From the NCBI GenBank assembly GCA_038883655.1, contig JAVZLQ010000003.1:192001-256000 (forward strand): a stretch of DNA of 64,000 nt, in the 5' to 3' direction. Source of the stretch: Candidatus Bathyarchaeia archaeon (GTDB lineage Archaea > Thermoproteota > Bathyarchaeia > Bathyarchaeales > Bathycorpusculaceae). Position numbers and translations under genes: made by a program. Numbering within the stretch: the stretch's first letter is position 1; every line of letters starts with the position of its first letter. The notes beneath the pieces are model-generated. The model saw only the letters and a list, made by a program, of their open reading frames with translations. It searched no databases and had not been told where the DNA came from. Positions 1-10,280 of this stretch are shown here, piece after piece.

Positions 1-625
1 AAGAGAATTTCTTTATTCGTTTATGCGCCAAGGACTATTAGAAGGAAAGCAAGTAATTTACCTAGATTTCATATATCCTCCACAAGCACTTATGATACAA
101 CTTGAGCCATTAACAAAATCACTTCCAGATGGATGGGAAAAGAAACTTTTAGTATTAGACTGCTTTTCAGAAGCAGCCGGACAAGGCGAACTCATATTCA
201 GCGACTTTTACGACAAAGCACCACCATGGATTAGAAAAGTTCCAAGCTCCAAAGACCCGGAACGCTTTCACCACTTTTTCGGAAGAATTGAAAGAGAATT
301 TGTAACTCCGGGAACAAGACTTGTTTTCAATAGTTTGTCGATTATGGAACACAATTGGGGGAGAGACGCCGTCAAGGCATTTTTCGGACATGTTTGCCCC
401 GCACTATATGCTTATCAAACTCTCGCTTACTGGACAATGGCGAAGAACGCACATCCCAAAGAGTTTTGCGCAATAATCGAGCACATGACGCAAGTAGTTA
501 TTGACCTTTCAAGACAAGGTGAAAAAAACTTTTTTCAGATAAAAAAAGCTGGCGGAAGATATAATCCGCAAACATATCAGCGGCGAGAGTACACTGTCAA
601 GGGCTTGCAGATAGACATTTTTTGA
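1..625 (+). CDS. RecA/KaiC-like ATPase-fold protein, 5'-partial
   Basis: Reading frame is open back to the window start (..REFLYSFMRQG); RecA/KaiC-like C-terminal pattern (VIYLD, RLVFNSLS, IEHMTQVVIDL, FQIKKAGGR). Walker A would lie outside the window. Confidence 0.55.
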   Translation, partial: REFLYSFMRQGLLEGKQVIYLDFIYPPQALMIQLEPLTKSLPDGWEKKLLVLDCFSEAAGQGELIFSDFYDKAPPWIRKVPSSKDPERFHHFFGRIEREFVTPGTRLVFNSLSIMEHNWGRDAVKAFFGHVCPALYAYQTLAYWTMAKNAHPKEFCAIIEHMTQVVIDLSRQGEKNFFQIKKAGGRYNPQTYQRREYTVKGLQIDIF

Positions 626-743
626 CAGCGTGTGAAAACACGTCTCTATGTACATTCATGTTCATTTTTCACTGTTTCTTAGGGTAATGTTTAAATGTTG
701 ACTAAAATTAACCCCTTCATGCCGAAATTTACAAATGTAAAAG

Positions 744-2360
744 GTGAAAGAGATGACTGAACGTGTATTTAGAAACAGTTCTTATCTGAACGGAAAATCA
801 ACAACCGGAACAACCACACGAGTCAAAGACACAAGCCCAACAAGCGGGATGTGCCCAATATGCATCCGCGACTGTCCAATAATGTGTGAAATTGGACTTT
901 CAGCCTTCAGAGGAAGAGAAGCCCTATATCCAGAGCCAGTACAATTCGGATACAGCACAGCAGGTGCCCTCAAAGACTTTGGACTGGACTGGTCGCACTT
1001 CAACATACAAGCTGGACTTTTTGAAGCGTTAGGGATAGAGGAAAATCCTGACGTTGCACTGTTTCCAAACGCAAGCACAGAAACCGTTGTTGCTGGCATA
1101 CCCCTAAAAATACCAGTACTATGTGGCGCTTTCGGCTCAACAGACGTTGCAAGACTGAATTGGGAAGGATTAGCCATAGGCACAGCATTATCAGGCGCCA
1201 TAATAATAATCGGAGAAAACGTCTGCGGCATGGACCCAGAAGCACAATTTATAAATGGCAAAGTAACTTACTCGAAAGAATTAAAACGCAGAGTAGACTT
1301 GTTCAGGAAATTCTGGGACGGAAAATACGGAGACATAGCCGTCCAAACAAACGTTGAAGACCAACGTTTGGGAGTTGACGTCTACGCCATCTCAAAACTG
1401 GAAGTCAACATCATAGAGAGAAAGTGGGGACAAGGAGCAAAAGCAATCGGAGGCGAAGTCCGCGTAAGAGACTTGCAAAGGGCGATAATGCTAAAGAAAA
1501 GAGGATACATAGTAATTCCAGACCCAGAGGACCCAACAGTACAACAAGCATTCAAAGAAGGAGTCTTCAAATCCTTTGAAAGGCACAGCCGCGTTGGAAT
1601 ACCGAAAGAAAAGAACGTGATAGAGGATATAGAATGGCTGCGCGAGCAAGGCGCGAAACACGTGACGCTCAAAACTGGCGCTTACAGACCATCAGCCGTG
1701 GCATACACCCTAAAAATAGCCTCAGAAGCAAAAATTGATGCAGTATACTTTGACGGTGCTGGTGGCGGAACTGGAATGAGCCCTGTTCCAATGATGGACG
1801 AGATGAGCATACCAACCGTTTACCTAGAAGCGATAGTTCTAAAGTGTGCACAACTGCTGAAAAAGAAGGGCAGATACGTTCCAGACTTGATTATGGCTGG
1901 AGGTTTCATAAACGAAACGCAAATTTTCAAGGCAATAGCCATGAGTAACTTCGGAGACGGGCCATTCGTTAAGGCTGTTCTAATGGGACGCTCACCGTTA
2001 ACTGCCGTGATGAAGGCAAACTACTTCAAACAGTTGGCTGAAGAGGGCAAATTGCCGAAAGCTTTCGCAGACAGATTTGGCAACACTCCGGACAAATTCT
2101 TCATCGCAGCGCCAGAGCTGAAAGAAAAGTATGGTGAGCGCTTCAAGGAAATTCCATGGGAAGCAGTTGCGCTTTACACTTACTTGACGGATCGCATAGG
2201 CGTAGGCCTAAAACAACTCTTAGCTGGAAACAGAAAATGGAGGCTGGAGTTAATAAACAGAAATGACCTTATGAGTCTATCAGAAATTGCCGCAAAGGTA
2301 ACAGGCATACCGCTACCGCACGAGATTGAAGCAGACGCCATTGAAAGGATATTAGACTAA
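744..2360 (+). CDS. Glutamate synthase FMN-binding domain protein (archaeal stand-alone GltB2 type)
   Basis: Motifs E.KWGQGAK.IGGE and DGAGGGTGMSP, AGG and VLMGR; N-terminal Cys cluster CPICIRDCPIMC. Confidence 0.85.
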   Translation: MKEMTERVFRNSSYLNGKSTTGTTTRVKDTSPTSGMCPICIRDCPIMCEIGLSAFRGREALYPEPVQFGYSTAGALKDFGLDWSHFNIQAGLFEALGIEENPDVALFPNASTETVVAGIPLKIPVLCGAFGSTDVARLNWEGLAIGTALSGAIIIIGENVCGMDPEAQFINGKVTYSKELKRRVDLFRKFWDGKYGDIAVQTNVEDQRLGVDVYAISKLEVNIIERKWGQGAKAIGGEVRVRDLQRAIMLKKRGYIVIPDPEDPTVQQAFKEGVFKSFERHSRVGIPKEKNVIEDIEWLREQGAKHVTLKTGAYRPSAVAYTLKIASEAKIDAVYFDGAGGGTGMSPVPMMDEMSIPTVYLEAIVLKCAQLLKKKGRYVPDLIMAGGFINETQIFKAIAMSNFGDGPFVKAVLMGRSPLTAVMKANYFKQLAEEGKLPKAFADRFGNTPDKFFIAAPELKEKYGERFKEIPWEAVALYTYLTDRIGVGLKQLLAGNRKWRLELINRNDLMSLSEIAAKVTGIPLPHEIEADAIERILD

Positions 2361-2430
2361 AACTAACAACCCCCATCCTTTTTTGAAACTCCGAACAGAA
2401 CCAAAGTTTTAAAGCCATCAGCAAAGAAAA

Positions 2431-3699
2431 ATGGATGAAGTGGAGAATATGAAAGAACAGCAAACAGCACTTGACGTGGCTCTGGAACAGTTAGAAATAG
2501 CCGCTGAAAAACTGAACCTAGACCCTGGACTACACGAGATGCTGAAACATCCTAAAAGATCGCTAATTGTTTCCATCACAATAAAAATGGATGATGGAAA
2601 CATACGAACATTCAAGGGATGCCGCGTTCAACACTGGGACGCACGCGGACCATTTAAAGGCGGCATACGCTACCACCCGAACGTAACGCTGGAGGAAGTA
2701 ACAGCACTTGCCATGTGGATGACCTGGAAATGCGCAGTCGTAGACATTCCATATGGAGGCGCGAAGGGCGGGATATGTTGTAACCCGAAGGAAATGTCAA
2801 AAACTGAGCTTGAAAGACTTACAAGAAGATACACGAGCTTAATTCTTGACTATATCGGACCCTATCGTGATGTACCAGCGCCAGACGTGTATACAGACGC
2901 ACAAACAATGGCGTGGATAATGGACACATACAGCCAATTTAAAGGTTACAGCGTACCAGAATGCGTCACTGGAAAACCAATAAGCGTAGGTGGTTCTGAG
3001 GGAAGAGAAGAAGCCACTTCAAGGGGGGTCGTAATCTGCGCAAGGGAAGCGGCAAAACGTTTAGGCTTAAGATTCAAGGGCGCAACAGTTGCGGTTCAAG
3101 GCTACGGAAACGTCGGGTGGAACGCAGCGAAAATCGCACATGACATGGGATGCAAAATCATTGCGGTTAGCGATTCCGCTGGAGGAATCTATTGTCCAGA
3201 CGGTTTAAACCCACGCAAAGTTTACGAACATAAGGCAAAAACTGGCTCAGTAATTAACTATCCAAAATGTAAGAACATATCAAACGAGGAACTGCTTGAA
3301 ACAAAATGTGATATCTTAATTCCAGCAGCGCTTGAAAATCAAATAACAAAAGCCAACGCAAACAAGGTAAAAGCAAAAATAATAGTTGAAGGCGCAAATG
3401 GACCCACAACCCCAGACGCAGACAAAATACTTCAAGAAAAAGGAGTCTTCCTAATCCCAGACATATTGGCAAACGCTGGCGGCGTAACAGCAAGCTATTT
3501 CGAGTGGGTTCAAAATCTAACAAGAGAACACTGGACACTAGAAGAAGTGAACAGAAAACTCGAAAACATCATGGTGAAGGCATTCAATGACGTTTACAAC
3601 CTAGTGGAAAAAGAAAAAGAGAGCATGCGCACAGCAGCGTTAATGCTCGGCGTCGGAAGAGTAAGCGATGCGATAAAAACGTTAGGGCTATGGCCATAA
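2431..3699 (+). CDS. gdhA: Glutamate dehydrogenase (Glu/Leu/Phe/Val family)
   Basis: GPFKGGIRYHP, GGAKGG, DVPAPD, QGYGNVG, EGANGP, NAGGV..SYFEW. Confidence 0.95.
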   Translation: MDEVENMKEQQTALDVALEQLEIAAEKLNLDPGLHEMLKHPKRSLIVSITIKMDDGNIRTFKGCRVQHWDARGPFKGGIRYHPNVTLEEVTALAMWMTWKCAVVDIPYGGAKGGICCNPKEMSKTELERLTRRYTSLILDYIGPYRDVPAPDVYTDAQTMAWIMDTYSQFKGYSVPECVTGKPISVGGSEGREEATSRGVVICAREAAKRLGLRFKGATVAVQGYGNVGWNAAKIAHDMGCKIIAVSDSAGGIYCPDGLNPRKVYEHKAKTGSVINYPKCKNISNEELLETKCDILIPAALENQITKANANKVKAKIIVEGANGPTTPDADKILQEKGVFLIPDILANAGGVTASYFEWVQNLTREHWTLEEVNRKLENIMVKAFNDVYNLVEKEKESMRTAALMLGVGRVSDAIKTLGLWP

Positions 3700-3837
3700 A
3701 AGAAAACTGCTGAACTCGCCTAAACTCAATTATTTCTCCATATAACCTCCACATTTTTAACCTCACAATCTAAATTTTTAAACTACTGCTCTTATATCCT
3801 CTATGCGAATACAGTTCTAGGAAAAGGGAAGGGATAA

Positions 3838-4413
3838 ATGCAAGAAAAATCTTTGCCGAACATTAAAACCTTAGATTTCGAATTTGAAAATCTACCAGTA
3901 AAGGTCATTGCAAACAGGAATTGCCCCGAAATCAAGCTTGTTGGGCTGAATGTTGGACCTTTCGAAGAAGGAAACGTGTATGAAGCCCCGTTTTGGGTTG
4001 CAAAGGAACTGGAAAAGGCGGGAATTGTCCGCTTTCGTGAAGAAGAACTTTTGGATTCAAGAAGGATTTACAAGATTCAGTGGATGGAACGTGTCCAAAC
4101 GCCAAGCCAAATATCGAAGCTTCCAGAGAATTTTTACCCAAAACTGCGCAGGTATTTAGTGGAGCTAAAGAAGGTCTCAGCAAAATCTCCAGAAAAGATG
4201 AGGGAGTACGAAAAAAGTATGCAAGTGGTACGCGACATGATTAATGCGCGTCTAAAAAAGATTGTTGCGCTGGCAACTGCAAATTTTGGACAAACTGAGC
4301 AGATTTTGAAGAACCTCACATTCGAGGAAAGGCTAATTTATGAACGTTTGCGCAAACTTATTCACGGTTGGAAAGCCAAAATACTGGAGCATGAAGAGGG
4401 GCTGGAAGAATGA
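3838..4413 (+). CDS. gins23: GINS23 (Psf2/Psf3-like) subunit
   Basis: N-terminal B-domain (GPFEEG..PFWVAKEL), SKLPENFY, ARLKKI, NLTFEER; ATGA overlap with mcm, the known archaeal gins23-mcm arrangement. Confidence 0.8.
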   Translation: MQEKSLPNIKTLDFEFENLPVKVIANRNCPEIKLVGLNVGPFEEGNVYEAPFWVAKELEKAGIVRFREEELLDSRRIYKIQWMERVQTPSQISKLPENFYPKLRRYLVELKKVSAKSPEKMREYEKSMQVVRDMINARLKKIVALATANFGQTEQILKNLTFEERLIYERLRKLIHGWKAKILEHEEGLEE

Positions 4414-6458
4414 CTGGAGAGTTAGAAGTTATAAATCCTCAAGAGCAGTTCCAAGAATTCTTTAAAACAGAAAAGTACAGACAAAAAATTGCGCAGTTGG
4501 CTGTTGCAGGCAAAACATCACTAATAGTAGATTTTGAAGACCTCCTAATCTTCGACAACAAACTTGCAGAAAAACTACTTGAAAAACCAGACGAGTACTT
4601 ACAATATGCTAATAACGCGGCTTATTCGCAACTTGAAAGTGAAGATCCAGAATACGCCGAAAGGCTCGTAAGCAAACGGGAAACATTAACGGTCAGAATC
4701 GCTAAGCTGTTAGAAGCAACGCCGCTAAGAAAACTTGGTTCAGACCACATTGGAAAACTTGTGATGATAGAGGGCATCGTAGTACGCTCAACACCAGTAC
4801 GCCCAATGGTTATACGGGCAGCATTCAAATGCAGAAGATGTGGAGAACTATCATTCGAGGATCAAACAGGACAATTCCTAAAAGCACCATTCAAATGCAG
4901 AAACTCAGAATGCGGAGCAAAGGGTCCATTCGACTTCATTCAAGAAGAATCTGCATTCATAGACTCACAAGAACTACGCGTCCAAGAAAGACCAGAAGAC
5001 CTTCCACCAGGTCAGCTTCCAAGAACCTTGCACATTAAGCTTGTCGGGGCAGAAATAGTTGATGTTGCAAGACCTGGAGACCACGTTTCCATCGTTGGCA
5101 TAGTTCGTGTTGTTGCTCCCTCACTCCCAAGAGTTGGAAAGCTTCGCACTTTCAGACTTCATTTGGATGCAAATTCTATAGAAGTTTTAGGTAAAGAGCC
5201 TGAAACGGCGCTTCCATCACCAGAAGAAGAGGAAAAAATCTTGGAGCTGGCAAAGGATCCATGGATACATAGGAAGATAATAAATTCAATTGCACCTTCA
5301 ATCTATGGTTACGACCACATAAAAGAAGCGATAATGTACCTTCTCTTCGGCGGAGTCCCAAAAAATCTTCCAGACATAACGATAAGGGGCGAAATAAACG
5401 CCCTTCTAATAGGCGACCCAGGAACAGCCAAATCGCAACTGCTACAGTACGTGGCAAGAGTTGCACCTAGAGGATTATATACTTCTGGACGCGGAACAAC
5501 AGCAGCTGGCTTAACAGCAGCAGTAATACGCGAAAAAGGCGGAGGAATGAGTCTTGAGGCTGGTGCTTTGGTTTTGGCTGATAAGGGAATTGCGTGTATT
5601 GACGAGATGGATAAGATGCGTCCAGAAGATAGAGTTGCAATTCACGAGGCAATGGAACAGCACACGGTTTCAGTTGCGAAAGGGGGTATTGTGGCAACGC
5701 TAAACGCTAGAACAGCCATTCTTGCGGCTGCAAACCCCACTTTAGGAAGGTATGTGCCACATCGCACAGTTGCTGAAAACATCTCCTTGCCAGTTACGAT
5801 ACTCTCCAGATTTGATTTAATCTTCATTTTGAGGGATGTGCCAAACAAAGAAATGGACAGCAAAATGTCAGAGCACATCCTAGAAATGCACAGAAAAGGT
5901 TCAAGTCCCACCGAACCACCAATACCATTAGATTTGCTACGCAAATACATAAGCTACGCTAGAGGCATAAAGCCAGTTTTAACTAAAGAAGCATTACAGC
6001 GCCTCAGAGACTTCTATTTAGCAATGCGCTCAACAACAGAATCAGAAAGCTCGCCAGTCGCAATTACAGCCCGCCAACTTGAATCACTTGTGCGTATAGC
6101 AGAGGCAAGAGCCCGAGCAGCATTAAGAAAGGAAGTTCTGGCTGAAGACGCAGAAGCTGCAATTGCGATAATGAAACGTTCGCTTGAAGAGGTTGGCATA
6201 GACGTTTCTTCATTCAAGCTTGACATAGACATAATAATGACTGGAAAACCAAAAAGTGCGAGGGACAAGCTGCAAGTGATAATTTCGAAGCTTATGGAGA
6301 TGGAGAAAGAAACAGGAATCGTTGAAAGGGAAGCGCTTATAGATGAATTGGAAAGTAAATACAAGATTCCGCGAGCTGAAGCAGAACGCCTCATAGGGCA
6401 GTTGTTGCGAGAAGGAACAATATACGAGCCTAGAGAAGGTTATCTAAAGAAAACGTAG
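4410..6458 (+). CDS. mcm: MCM replicative helicase
   Basis: Zn finger CRRC..CRNSEC, Walker A GDPGTAKS, IDEMDKM, arginine finger SRFD, ITARQLE, C-terminal winged helix; no intein. Confidence 0.98.
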   Translation: MTGELEVINPQEQFQEFFKTEKYRQKIAQLAVAGKTSLIVDFEDLLIFDNKLAEKLLEKPDEYLQYANNAAYSQLESEDPEYAERLVSKRETLTVRIAKLLEATPLRKLGSDHIGKLVMIEGIVVRSTPVRPMVIRAAFKCRRCGELSFEDQTGQFLKAPFKCRNSECGAKGPFDFIQEESAFIDSQELRVQERPEDLPPGQLPRTLHIKLVGAEIVDVARPGDHVSIVGIVRVVAPSLPRVGKLRTFRLHLDANSIEVLGKEPETALPSPEEEEKILELAKDPWIHRKIINSIAPSIYGYDHIKEAIMYLLFGGVPKNLPDITIRGEINALLIGDPGTAKSQLLQYVARVAPRGLYTSGRGTTAAGLTAAVIREKGGGMSLEAGALVLADKGIACIDEMDKMRPEDRVAIHEAMEQHTVSVAKGGIVATLNARTAILAAANPTLGRYVPHRTVAENISLPVTILSRFDLIFILRDVPNKEMDSKMSEHILEMHRKGSSPTEPPIPLDLLRKYISYARGIKPVLTKEALQRLRDFYLAMRSTTESESSPVAITARQLESLVRIAEARARAALRKEVLAEDAEAAIAIMKRSLEEVGIDVSSFKLDIDIIMTGKPKSARDKLQVIISKLMEMEKETGIVEREALIDELESKYKIPRAEAERLIGQLLREGTIYEPREGYLKKT

Positions 6459-6480
6459 CTTATAATTGAAAAAGAAGGTG

Positions 6481-7041
6481 CTAGTGCGCTGCTTCAACGT
6501 TAGATTCCTTATAATACTGAGCGTTCGCGGTAAACACCGTTATGCCAATTGTGACGCCGATGTCGCTAACTGAAACATGATCTGGGTTAGTTATGTAAAC
6601 TATCATGCTCCAACCAGACCGCAAAATTAAATCATCACTGGCTTGCTGCAAAGCATAGTCTCCAGAAAGCAAGTCCACCACCTTGCCGACGAGTGTGCCG
6701 TTTTCGTGTGGCAAGATGTAGGGCAAGTCCTCGCTGATTGTCTCCAGGGTTTTGTTATAATAAACGTTACTCCATTGGCATTCTTGACCCCTAACGGATA
6801 TCTTATCAATCACAAGGTCACGCCCACCAGTGTTGATTATTAGAAACGCTGCTTCGGAAAATGTTGTTCCATTATGCCATATGTGCAATTTGAATATTTG
6901 AAGACTTTCCTCTTGAACCCGCGTTGTTGTTACGTTGATTGCGTAAAAGGTCACGACTGTTGCTAACAACACCGAGACAACCAGTATTATCAGTGTTGTA
7001 ACTACTACGCTTAATCCTCTTTTACTCTTAAACACATGCAT
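6481..7041 (-). CDS. Type IV pilin/archaellin-like protein with class III signal peptide
   Basis: N-terminus KSKRG|LSVVVTTLIILVVSVLLA (prepilin peptidase site plus hydrophobic helix); INTGGRD..IDKI.VRG. Confidence 0.8.
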   Translation of the reverse strand: MHVFKSKRGLSVVVTTLIILVVSVLLATVVTFYAINVTTTRVQEESLQIFKLHIWHNGTTFSEAAFLIINTGGRDLVIDKISVRGQECQWSNVYYNKTLETISEDLPYILPHENGTLVGKVVDLLSGDYALQQASDDLILRSGWSMIVYITNPDHVSVSDIGVTIGITVFTANAQYYKESNVEAAH

Positions 7042-7227
7042 ACGCTATCCCAACTGAAATTTTTCTGGAAAATTAATGGAAAAGAAAAGTAAGTTTCTTT
7101 GTACGTAACAAAAGCCAACGCAACCTAAAGATTATTATCCGAATATTTGATTAAAACTTAAAACTTCACAGAAATATCTAAAATTAAACTTTGCATAAAC
7201 TGCACAAACGCTTCGGAAAGGACGAAA

Positions 7228-8316
7228 ATGGTAATAATGGTTGTCGTTGGTACACGTCCAGAAATAATAAAGATGGCCCCGCTAATCAGAGAGCTGCAAA
7301 AACAGCGTATGCCTTTGACTTTTGTCCACTGCGGTCAACACTACGACTATAACATGTCGCAGCAATTCATTGAAGAGCTTAAGCTCCCAACGCCAGACTA
7401 TTGTTATAAGGTGAAGGCGTACTCTCAAGGAGTGCAAACCGCAAGAATAATGACTCACATGGAAAAACTAATGAAACAAACCTTGCCATCGCTGGTTCTC
7501 ATTGAAGGCGACACAAACGGAGTTCTCGCAACGGCACTGGCATCGGTTAAACTCGGCATACCCGTAGGACACGTAGAAGCTGGACTGCGAAGCTTTGATT
7601 TGAGAATGCCAGAAGAACATAATAGACGACTAACGGACCACATATCAACATATCTTTTCGCGCCAACAAAAGTTGCAGAATCCAACTTAAAGAGCGAGAA
7701 CGTTTGGGGCAAGATCTATGTCACAGGCAACACCGTCATAGACGCTGCAATTCAGCACTTACCAATAGCCGAAAGCAAATCAAAAATTCTAGGGAAAATA
7801 CGCTTCAAGGAATTCGCCTTAGTAACAGCCCACAGGGCAGAAAACGTGGACAACATTGAAGTTCTAAAGAATTTTGTAGACGCCTTCTCAGAAGCGCCGA
7901 TACCAATCGTTTATCCCATGCACCCTCGCACACGAAAGAGACTGCGAAAAAACGGGATTTACTCAAAGATTAAAAAGTCCGAAAACGTTCAGGTGTTACC
8001 GCCGCTTGGATATCTAGACTTTCTTGTTTTAATGAAAAATTGCAAACTAACAATAACAGATTCTGGAGGAATTCAAGAAGAGGCAACAGCGCCTTGCATA
8101 AGAAAACATGTCCTCGTCATACGCCTTTCAACTGAGCGTCCGGAAGCCGTGAAAGCAGGCTTTGCAGAGGTTATCGGCATAAAAAAGAAAGAAATAGTCG
8201 ATGGAATAACGAGAACACTTGAACAGCCAAAACCACTACCGAAACACTCGCCGTACGGAGATGGCAAAGCAGCTGAAAGAATTGCCGAGATAATTAGGGA
8301 GGAAATCGCCCTTTAA
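7228..8316 (+). CDS. wecB: UDP-N-acetylglucosamine 2-epimerase (non-hydrolysing)
   Basis: GTRPEIIK, GQHYD, HVEAGLRS, PEEHNR, HRAEN, TDSGGIQEE, TERPE, PYGDG. Confidence 0.95.
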   Translation: MVIMVVVGTRPEIIKMAPLIRELQKQRMPLTFVHCGQHYDYNMSQQFIEELKLPTPDYCYKVKAYSQGVQTARIMTHMEKLMKQTLPSLVLIEGDTNGVLATALASVKLGIPVGHVEAGLRSFDLRMPEEHNRRLTDHISTYLFAPTKVAESNLKSENVWGKIYVTGNTVIDAAIQHLPIAESKSKILGKIRFKEFALVTAHRAENVDNIEVLKNFVDAFSEAPIPIVYPMHPRTRKRLRKNGIYSKIKKSENVQVLPPLGYLDFLVLMKNCKLTITDSGGIQEEATAPCIRKHVLVIRLSTERPEAVKAGFAEVIGIKKKEIVDGITRTLEQPKPLPKHSPYGDGKAAERIAEIIREEIAL

Positions 8317-8320
8317 GGCA

Positions 8321-9094
8321 TTAGGAAATGTAGGTTATTTTCTTGTCTTCTTCCTTCCGCGTTTCCTCAGCTTGCAAAATCCTCTTTTCTTCAATCTTTT
8401 GTAAGCGAGTAATCATCTTCTCCGCCTTCGCAATTTCCTCGTCCAAACCGCTCAAATCTAAATCAACCTTAATCACGGAAAGCAAAACCTCTAGTATGCT
8501 CTTCGCAGCCTTCGGGTCAGGCAAATAACCACGCGTTTCACCTAAAAGGCAGAGAGCAGCAATCTTCTTAAAGCGCGCCAACCCCAATATCAAACCAGCA
8601 GTGCCAACAATAGGGTTTCCAGCTGGGCTCATAATGGCACCAGCTTGCAAAGCCTTGTTCAGTAACTCCGCGTCTGTTGCAGATGCAATAACCTTTGGCT
8701 TGTCCTTTACTTCCATGCGATAGCCGCCAACAGTAATAATAGTTTTCACGTTATACGTTTTCGCAAAATTCAAAATTGTATCAGAAATTTCGTATTGCCC
8801 CTCAATCGTCTGCGCTTGGCTGTCACCTGTGAAAAAGATTAGGTCGCTGCCGCCTTTGCTGTTTTTCCAGAAATAAAATGTTCCACGTAAAAGTCTGACG
8901 CTTCCCCTCTTATTGACGAGCACAAAGTATGGGAAATGTGGAGAATAGAGATACGCGAACCTTTCAGCCTTTAACTGCCTTATCAAGTAGCGTGTGGCTA
9001 TTTTACCAACAAGCCCAAGACCAGGCAAACCCTCTATTAAAATGGGACTGTTTAATTCAACCTTTACAAGTTCCTTAACAAAAGTTTCCTTCAC
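8321..9094 (-). CDS. PAC2-family proteasome assembly chaperone-like protein
   Basis: EGLPGLGLVGKIA, LLGETRGYLPDPKAA; lies downstream of nop10, as in many archaea. Confidence 0.9.
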   Translation of the reverse strand: MKETFVKELVKVELNSPILIEGLPGLGLVGKIATRYLIRQLKAERFAYLYSPHFPYFVLVNKRGSVRLLRGTFYFWKNSKGGSDLIFFTGDSQAQTIEGQYEISDTILNFAKTYNVKTIITVGGYRMEVKDKPKVIASATDAELLNKALQAGAIMSPAGNPIVGTAGLILGLARFKKIAALCLLGETRGYLPDPKAAKSILEVLLSVIKVDLDLSGLDEEIAKAEKMITRLQKIEEKRILQAEETRKEEDKKITYIS

Positions 9095-9258
9095 TTTCCG
9101 CTACCCTCTTTCAAAAGCATCCTATACTTGAGGTATTTATCATCTGGAGAGAACTTTGGCGGATGTGGCACACGAACCTTTCCACCACAATATGGACAAG
9201 TCTTCTTTTTCAATGTGTAGGCGCCACACCTTTCACACTTTCTTAAAAGCCAGACCAT
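9091..9258 (-). CDS. nop10: H/ACA RNP protein Nop10 (55 aa, absent from ORF track)
   Basis: Manual translation: MVWLLRKCERCGAYTLKKKTCPYCGGKVRVPHPPKFSPDDKYLKYR..., with Zn ribbon and HPPKFSPDDKY signature; start overlaps the aIF2a stop. Confidence 0.95.
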   Translation of the reverse strand: MVWLLRKCERCGAYTLKKKTCPYCGGKVRVPHPPKFSPDDKYLKYRMLLKEGSGK

Positions 9259-10061
9259 CACTTCTCCCTCTTAAAAACTCCTTGCCCACCAGCCTTAACA
9301 ACGTTCGAAATAACATTCTCGGCAACTCTCTGAAGCGTGCTTTCCGCATGCCTATAATTTTCCGCCATAACCTCAATGCAGTATCTTGGCGCAGCAACAA
9401 CATAAAACCGCATTTTCGCATCACGCACTTTTTCAGCCTTCTTAGCCTCCAAAAAAGCCTCTTTAATAACCTTAACACCATTCGGCTTCATACATCGAAG
9501 CTCAACTATCCCCTTCACCTTAACCATCGGCACGGGCATCCTTTCCCTCGCAATCTCAACAACAGCCTCAGCGATTTTTTCGGGCACTCCAAGCTTAAGC
9601 AAAAAGCCAGCACCGTCCCTTGCAGCCTTCTCAAAACTTTCGTATAAGCCGTACTCCTTCTCCATCAGCGCCCCCGCTTTCTCATAAACCTCTTCAATCG
9701 ACAAGCCAACCTTTTCCGCCACATTTCTAAGCAAGCCCTCAGCTTTCCGTTCACGCTTCCAAGACAAAATCTTCTCGATTTTCTCTCTTTTCGTAACCCT
9801 CCTCAAGGAAAGGTCTATATGCCCTTTTTCAGCATCAACCCGCAAAACCTTCAAAACAACCTTCTGGTTTTCACGAACAAAATCCCGAATGTTCCGAATC
9901 CAAGCAGAAGAAATTTCAGAAATATGCAGCAGCCCCTTCTTATTATATTCATCAAGCCTCACATAAGCACCATAATCAGTAACAGACTCAACAGTAGCTA
10001 TAACCAAATCCCCAACTTCAGGCCACTCTGGCTTCTTAAAGGACATAATGGCCGCCATCAC
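9258..10061 (-). CDS. eif2a: Translation initiation factor 2 subunit alpha
   Basis: S1 domain PEVGDLV..GAYVRLDEY..LHISEI, GHIDLSLRRV, AAPRY. Confidence 0.97.
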   Translation of the reverse strand: MMAAIMSFKKPEWPEVGDLVIATVESVTDYGAYVRLDEYNKKGLLHISEISSAWIRNIRDFVRENQKVVLKVLRVDAEKGHIDLSLRRVTKREKIEKILSWKRERKAEGLLRNVAEKVGLSIEEVYEKAGALMEKEYGLYESFEKAARDGAGFLLKLGVPEKIAEAVVEIARERMPVPMVKVKGIVELRCMKPNGVKVIKEAFLEAKKAEKVRDAKMRFYVVAAPRYCIEVMAENYRHAESTLQRVAENVISNVVKAGGQGVFKREK

Positions 10062-10066
10062 CTACT

Positions 10067-10264
10067 TTACTCGAATACCAGCACTATTTCGCCTTTTATC
10101 ACCGCTTTTCCGCCAGAAGGTTCTGCAAGTTCTGTCCCGCAAACGTTACAATTGATCCTGTTCGTGGCATAGCTGAAGATTATTTGTTCATTGCCGCATT
10201 TAAGGCATTTCACCCTAACGAAGCTGCTCCGCGGCTTTGGAATAAGCTTCTCCCACTCGCTCAC
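10067..10264 (-). CDS. rps27e: 30S ribosomal protein S27e
   Basis: PKPRSSFVRVKCLKCGNEQ..C..CG..LAEPSGGKA; GTG start at 10264 preferred because GGAGG lies upstream. Confidence 0.95.
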   Translation of the reverse strand: MSEWEKLIPKPRSSFVRVKCLKCGNEQIIFSYATNRINCNVCGTELAEPSGGKAVIKGEIVLVFE

Positions 10265-10280
10265 ACCATAAACCTCCATA

